DNA of 64,000 nucleotides, taken from the NCBI RefSeq assembly GCF_030684315.1, contig NC_081363.1:64546312-64610311 (forward strand). The letters run 5' to 3'. The notes beneath the pieces are model-generated. The model ran no database searches, was not told the DNA's origin, and saw only the letters and a program-made list of their open reading frames with translations. Of this stretch, positions 63,201-64,000 are shown one piece after another. This DNA comes from Stegostoma tigrinum (taxonomy: Eukaryota). Numbering within the stretch: position 1 is the stretch's first letter; each line of letters begins with the position of its first letter. A program made the translations under genes and the position numbers.

Positions 63201-64000
63201 TTCACTGCTTCCCACAACTCCCCAAAAGGAAAGAAAAGTGGGCAAACAGTGTGCAAAAATATGCTGCAATTATTTTTCTTTTACAAAATGAAGAGACACT
63301 AAGATAGATGTTAGCAATTCTGATTCATTATGTCTACCAAACACTTGCATGGTAATAAAACCACAAAAAGTGCAATTTTATTATCTTAAAACACTAACTA
63401 AAAACAGGGCCCGAATTCTAGTGATGTCACTATAACCAGGAGGAGCAGGATTTCCTTCCACCCCATATTAAACTAGGATTCTGACCCCACTTTCAAGTGC
63501 AAATTAGTAAAACCCCTGAGGGTCTGTAGTAATCAACTGACACCATTAGGTTTGTCCTTCCTCTTACTGGCGAGTTCTCAGATCTGGGATCCAGCAGAAG
63601 CAGTAAGGCTTCCTCTTCGTGACACAGCCCACTCAGTTGCTTGAGAGACCTGTTTAACCAATTTCATGCTCATGCTGGTATCAGTCTTGGGAAAATCCAG
63701 GTTGCAGCACTGCTGTAGGCACCTGCAACCTGGATTTTCCCAAGACTCAGAAGCCAGTGAGATGGAAACTACCTTATGCCATAGACAACTCTGCCACAAC
63801 TTATTATTCAGCAGGCTTACAGCCCAAATTTCAGTCCATGACAACATTTCTTGCAAAAAAGAAAATCAGCACTGTAAATATTTGTCTCTTAATAATGTTC
63901 ACTGTTAATATTTTATTGAGAAACAGGTGAGAGATGCTTGGGCAGTTACCTGAAAGTGGAATGTTTTTTAATACGCCGAGAAATTTGCTGATGAGACAAG
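17712..64000 (-). CDS. AQR: RNA helicase aquarius (intron-binding spliceosomal factor), 5'-partial multi-exon gene; 27 exons in window
   Basis: Spliced translation has SF1 helicase motifs [34 protein letters not shown] and VAMSRAR, plus AQR-specific segments ([47 protein letters not shown]). All 26 introns are GT-AG with compatible phases; 3677 coding nt in window. Confidence 0.98.
18835..19930 (-). mobile_element. Degenerate CR1 fragments (endonuclease/RT region) in the last AQR intron
   Basis: ttcatgaagccatgctgattctg (reverse complement of the QHGF motif) and ctattagtttaaagcc, typical of the CR1 ORF2 5' region. Confidence 0.6.
20118..20231 (-). CDS. AQR: AQR penultimate exon ([38 protein letters not shown])
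   Basis: cag|AAT, AAG|gtaaa, 114 nt. Confidence 0.95.
20339..20513 (-). CDS. AQR: AQR exon ([36 protein letters not shown]...TNRR)
   Basis: cag|A, AGG|gtaat, 175 nt; helicase motif VI. Confidence 0.96.
22222..22307 (-). CDS. AQR: AQR exon ([29 protein letters not shown])
   Basis: tag|GTC, AG|gtata, 86 nt. Confidence 0.96.
22548..22826. mobile_element. Fold-back Penelope-tail retroposon (~100-bp inverted arms) with degenerate 14-bp TSD
   Basis: Arms 22562-22662 and 22672-22770 are reverse complements; flanks agcttcaaacggat / agctttaaaaggat match at 12/14. Confidence 0.75.
23301..23471 (-). CDS. AQR: AQR exon ([40 protein letters not shown]...RPSK)
   Basis: cag|AAT, AAG|gtaag, 171 nt. Confidence 0.97.
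23690..23861 (-). CDS. AQR: AQR exon ([19 protein letters not shown]...[11 protein letters not shown])
   Basis: aag|T, CAG|gtaaa, 172 nt. Confidence 0.96.
23980..24290 (+). mobile_element. Old Deu-domain-type SINE
   Basis: tggctcag A-box-like, gggttcaa B-box-like, and gccagaggtg..gaaact..gggaagttctc central domain remnants. Confidence 0.5.
24315..24502 (-). CDS. AQR: AQR exon ([27 protein letters not shown]...[11 protein letters not shown])
   Basis: cag|AAC, AG|gtaaa, 188 nt. Confidence 0.97.
24940..25011 (-). CDS. AQR: AQR exon with Walker B-like motif ([24 protein letters not shown])
   Basis: cag|TAT, CAA|gtaag, 72 nt. Confidence 0.96.
25019..25045. repeat. (AAT)9 microsatellite abutting an AQR 3' splice site
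   Basis: Read directly from the sequence. Confidence 0.95.
25150..27832 (+). mobile_element. Long degenerate APE-RT LINE (CR1/L2 superclade, family distinct from the canonical CR1 copies)
   Basis: APE remnants (TESYL, IPGY, QDR..GG, FNVHH), RT remnants (ANYHPI.LL.IISKV, DIK.AF, QGSVL) and a [16 protein letters not shown] end with poly-A. Confidence 0.8.
25590..25725 (-). mobile_element. Penelope-tail short repeat nested in the LINE
   Basis: gatgctgtaaatc..cttagcaggtctggcagcatccgtggagagaaatcagagtt; flanked by gaaaaa on both sides. Confidence 0.7.
28025..28162 (-). CDS. AQR: AQR exon ([46 protein letters not shown])
   Basis: cag|GAA, AAG|gtaaa, 138 nt. Confidence 0.96.
30551..30760 (-). CDS. 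AQR: AQR exon ([12 protein letters not shown]...[15 protein letters not shown])
   Basis: cag|GTG, GAG|gtagg, 210 nt. Confidence 0.96.
31340..31895 (+). mobile_element. CR1 3' fragment with internal deletion
   Basis: [30 protein letters not shown]. Confidence 0.85.
32018..32153 (-). CDS. AQR: AQR exon ([46 protein letters not shown])
   Basis: tag|G, CAG|gtgag, 136 nt. Confidence 0.96.
32500..33105 (+). mobile_element. Old Deu-domain-type SINE (interrupted)
   Basis: ccatctttcagatgag..aaagatccttggcact..ccctcaacc..aaatggctgc..gctttga. Confidence 0.55.
34110..34500 (-). mobile_element. CR1 3' fragment
   Basis: ccaactcgtccatgcc..ctggcagctcattccatac..aaacctataccctctagt. Confidence 0.8.
34590..35810 (-). 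mobile_element. Young CR1 fragment interrupted by an HE1 SINE 3' piece
   Basis: ORFs 35106-35564 and 34762-35106 give [47 protein letters not shown]; [10 protein letters not shown] at ~35617-35646. Confidence 0.92.
34971..35127 (+). mobile_element. 5'-truncated HE1 (V-SINE) inserted antisense in CR1
   Basis: Highly similar to 50600-50748; CR1 resumes on both sides of the insertion. Confidence 0.85.
35910..36065. mobile_element. Penelope-tail repeat with short inverted arm
   Basis: cagtgtggagctggagaaacagagcagg versus cctgctgtgttcttccagctctacactg. Confidence 0.7.
36609..36718 (-). CDS. AQR: AQR exon ([37 protein letters not shown])
   Basis: cag|GCA, AG|gtgag, 110 nt. Confidence 0.96.
39702..40072 (-). 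mobile_element. Young CR1 3' end
   Basis: [33 protein letters not shown]; tail (TATGGTCT)2. Confidence 0.92.
41666..41903. mobile_element. Fold-back Penelope-tail retroposon, ~70 nt from an AQR donor site
   Basis: aaaagcacagcaggtctggtagcatctgtgaag versus cttcacagatgctgccagacctgctgtgctttt; tcgtaaa on both flanks. Confidence 0.75.
41973..42083 (-). CDS. AQR: AQR exon with Walker A ([37 protein letters not shown])
   Basis: tag|GTA, CAG|gtatg, 111 nt. Confidence 0.97.
42321..42390 (-). CDS. AQR: AQR exon ([24 protein letters not shown]), Q-motif region
   Basis: cag|A, ATG|gtaag, 70 nt. Confidence 0.96.
43140..45545 (-). mobile_element. Second long degenerate copy of the 25150-27832 LINE family, opposite orientation
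   Basis: tttattgcccatccctagttgcccttgagaag is the reverse complement of the 27758-27790 tail; ORFs 43396-43647, 44694-44897 and 44900-45145 are matching RT/linker remnants. Confidence 0.8.
46288..46431 (-). CDS. AQR: AQR exon ([16 protein letters not shown]...[17 protein letters not shown])
   Basis: tag|G, AG|gtaat, 144 nt; contains a basic KGKKRK patch. Confidence 0.95.
46698..46939 (-). CDS. AQR: AQR exon ([30 protein letters not shown]...KPPF/R)
   Basis: cag|GCA, AG|gtaag, 242 nt. Confidence 0.96.
47180..47785 (+). mobile_element. CR1 3' fragment (old)
   Basis: [31 protein letters not shown]. Confidence 0.8.
47787..47866. repeat. (TG)n-derived 10-mer tandem repeat (TGTGTGGGCG)n
   Basis: Read directly from the sequence. 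Confidence 0.95.
48120..48725 (-). mobile_element. CR1 3' fragment
   Basis: ORFs 48142-48375 and 48388-48627 ([24 protein letters not shown]). Confidence 0.85.
48757..49042 (+). mobile_element. Truncated HE1 SINE with internal TG and (GGATTATGA)n expansions
   Basis: tttcctcccacagtccaaaga..aggttaggtggatcgg..aaattgcccatagtgt, colinear with the 50441 copy. Confidence 0.8.
49455..49665. mobile_element. Degenerate fold-back Penelope-tail repeat
   Basis: caggcagcatttgtggaaaaa versus tttttccacagctggtgccag. Confidence 0.6.
50441..50760 (+). mobile_element. Full-length HE1-type tRNA-derived SINE (V-SINE)
   Basis: A box TGGCTCAGTGG at 50450-50460, B box GGTTCGATTCC at 50493-50503, V-domain, CR1-like 3' end and (AATCT)n tail. 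Confidence 0.9.
50804..50973 (-). CDS. AQR: AQR exon ([28 protein letters not shown]...[10 protein letters not shown])
   Basis: tag|GT, AAG|gtggt, 170 nt. Confidence 0.96.
51080..51480 (-). mobile_element. Old Deu-domain-type SINE
   Basis: gcagcaagcttcaacaaac..gggagaa..gccatggaatctttta..ttcaacttctcatcc, the reverse complement of the central domain. Confidence 0.55.
51557..51724 (-). CDS. AQR: AQR exon ([15 protein letters not shown]...[18 protein letters not shown])
   Basis: tag|CA, G|gtact, 168 nt. Confidence 0.96.
52102..52280 (-). CDS. AQR: AQR exon ([21 protein letters not shown]...QIREEWE)
   Basis: tag|G, G|gtaac, 179 nt. Confidence 0.96.
52349..53301 (+). mobile_element. Possible solo-LTR-like repeat
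   Basis: Begins TGTAACA and ends TGTAAC(G), ~950 bp with no coding signal; no TSD confirmed. Confidence 0.25.
54170..54782 (-). mobile_element. CR1 3' fragment
   Basis: cggtccaactagtccatgcc..cctcataattttataa..ttcttaaccaccttgtctacctg. Confidence 0.8.
55302..55443 (-). CDS. AQR: AQR exon ([48 protein letters not shown])
   Basis: cag|GA, TG|gtgag, 142 nt. Confidence 0.96.
55562..55682 (-). CDS. AQR: AQR exon ([41 protein letters not shown])
   Basis: tag|GTG, G|gtatg, 121 nt. Confidence 0.96.
55789..55891 (-). CDS. AQR: AQR exon ([35 protein letters not shown])
   Basis: cag|T, TTG|gtagg, 103 nt. Confidence 0.93.
56295..56398 (-). CDS. AQR: AQR exon ([35 protein letters not shown])
   Basis: cag|AGA, AG|gtaaa, 104 nt. 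Confidence 0.95.
57140..57345. repeat. Compound microsatellite (AG)n/(AAAG)n/(TG)n/(AGTG)n
   Basis: Read directly; it adjoins an L2-like 3' remnant (~56860-57135). Confidence 0.95.
57849..57962 (-). CDS. AQR: AQR exon ([38 protein letters not shown])
   Basis: tag|CTG, CAG|gtaac, 114 nt. Confidence 0.95.
59665..59820 (+). mobile_element. Penelope-tail short retroposon with perfect 13-bp TSD and hammerhead-like core
   Basis: TACAATAGGTATC at 59665-59677 and 59808-59820; the element begins CTGAGGA-agggtcacttgatcc-AAAAC-att. Confidence 0.85.
60322..60438 (-). CDS. AQR: AQR exon ([39 protein letters not shown])
   Basis: aag|GCA acceptor, CAG|gtgag donor, 117 nt. Confidence 0.95.
60672..60736 (-). 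CDS. AQR: AQR exon ([22 protein letters not shown])
   Basis: tag|GG acceptor, GAG|gtaagt donor, 65 nt. Confidence 0.95.
61185..61820 (+). mobile_element. Young 5'-truncated CR1 nested in an older CR1 remnant
   Basis: 148-aa intact ORF2 C-terminus ([25 protein letters not shown]), one frameshift, (TTCTATG)n tail. Confidence 0.95.
63950..64000 (-). CDS. AQR: AQR exon truncated by window edge (..[17 protein letters not shown])
   Basis: Donor G|gtaac at 63949; phase 1 matches next exon. Confidence 0.85.

Noticed and set aside
17916-63949. Non-canonical (GC-AG, AT-AC) introns or intronic snoRNAs in AQR
   Set aside because: All 26 introns are GT-AG, and I saw no convincing box C/D or H/ACA structure by eye. 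An Infernal/Rfam scan would be needed to exclude them.
1-64000. CRISPR arrays or prokaryotic systems
   Set aside because: The sequence is spliceosomal-intron-containing vertebrate DNA, with no regularly spaced repeat-spacer array.

Overview
Eukaryotic, AT-rich, repeat-dense vertebrate DNA. The repeat complement (HE1/V-SINE, Deu-domain SINEs, CR1, L2, Rex1 and Penelope-like elements) suggests a shark or other elasmobranch; this is an inference. The right three quarters (17712-64000, minus strand) hold the 3' 27 exons of AQR (Aquarius/IBP160, a spliceosomal SF1/Upf1-like RNA helicase). I traced every exon by eye: all introns are GT-AG, all phases join, and about 1224 codons lie in the window. 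The 5' end of AQR lies beyond 64000. About 5.5 kb downstream of the AQR stop, on the same strand, is a compact two-exon gene. It has a non-coding first exon ending at a consensus donor (12171), and a second exon with a strong-Kozak, GC3-rich ORF for a 71-aa hydrophobic microprotein (11370-11585). I cannot name it; it is the best candidate for something undescribed. The window also carries many short (about 110-250 bp) retroposed pieces of Penelope-like element 3' ends. Several have target-site duplications, degenerate minimal hammerhead-ribozyme cores, or ~100-bp fold-back hairpins inside introns. Repeat boundaries are approximate, and repeat family names come from recalled motifs, not database searches.
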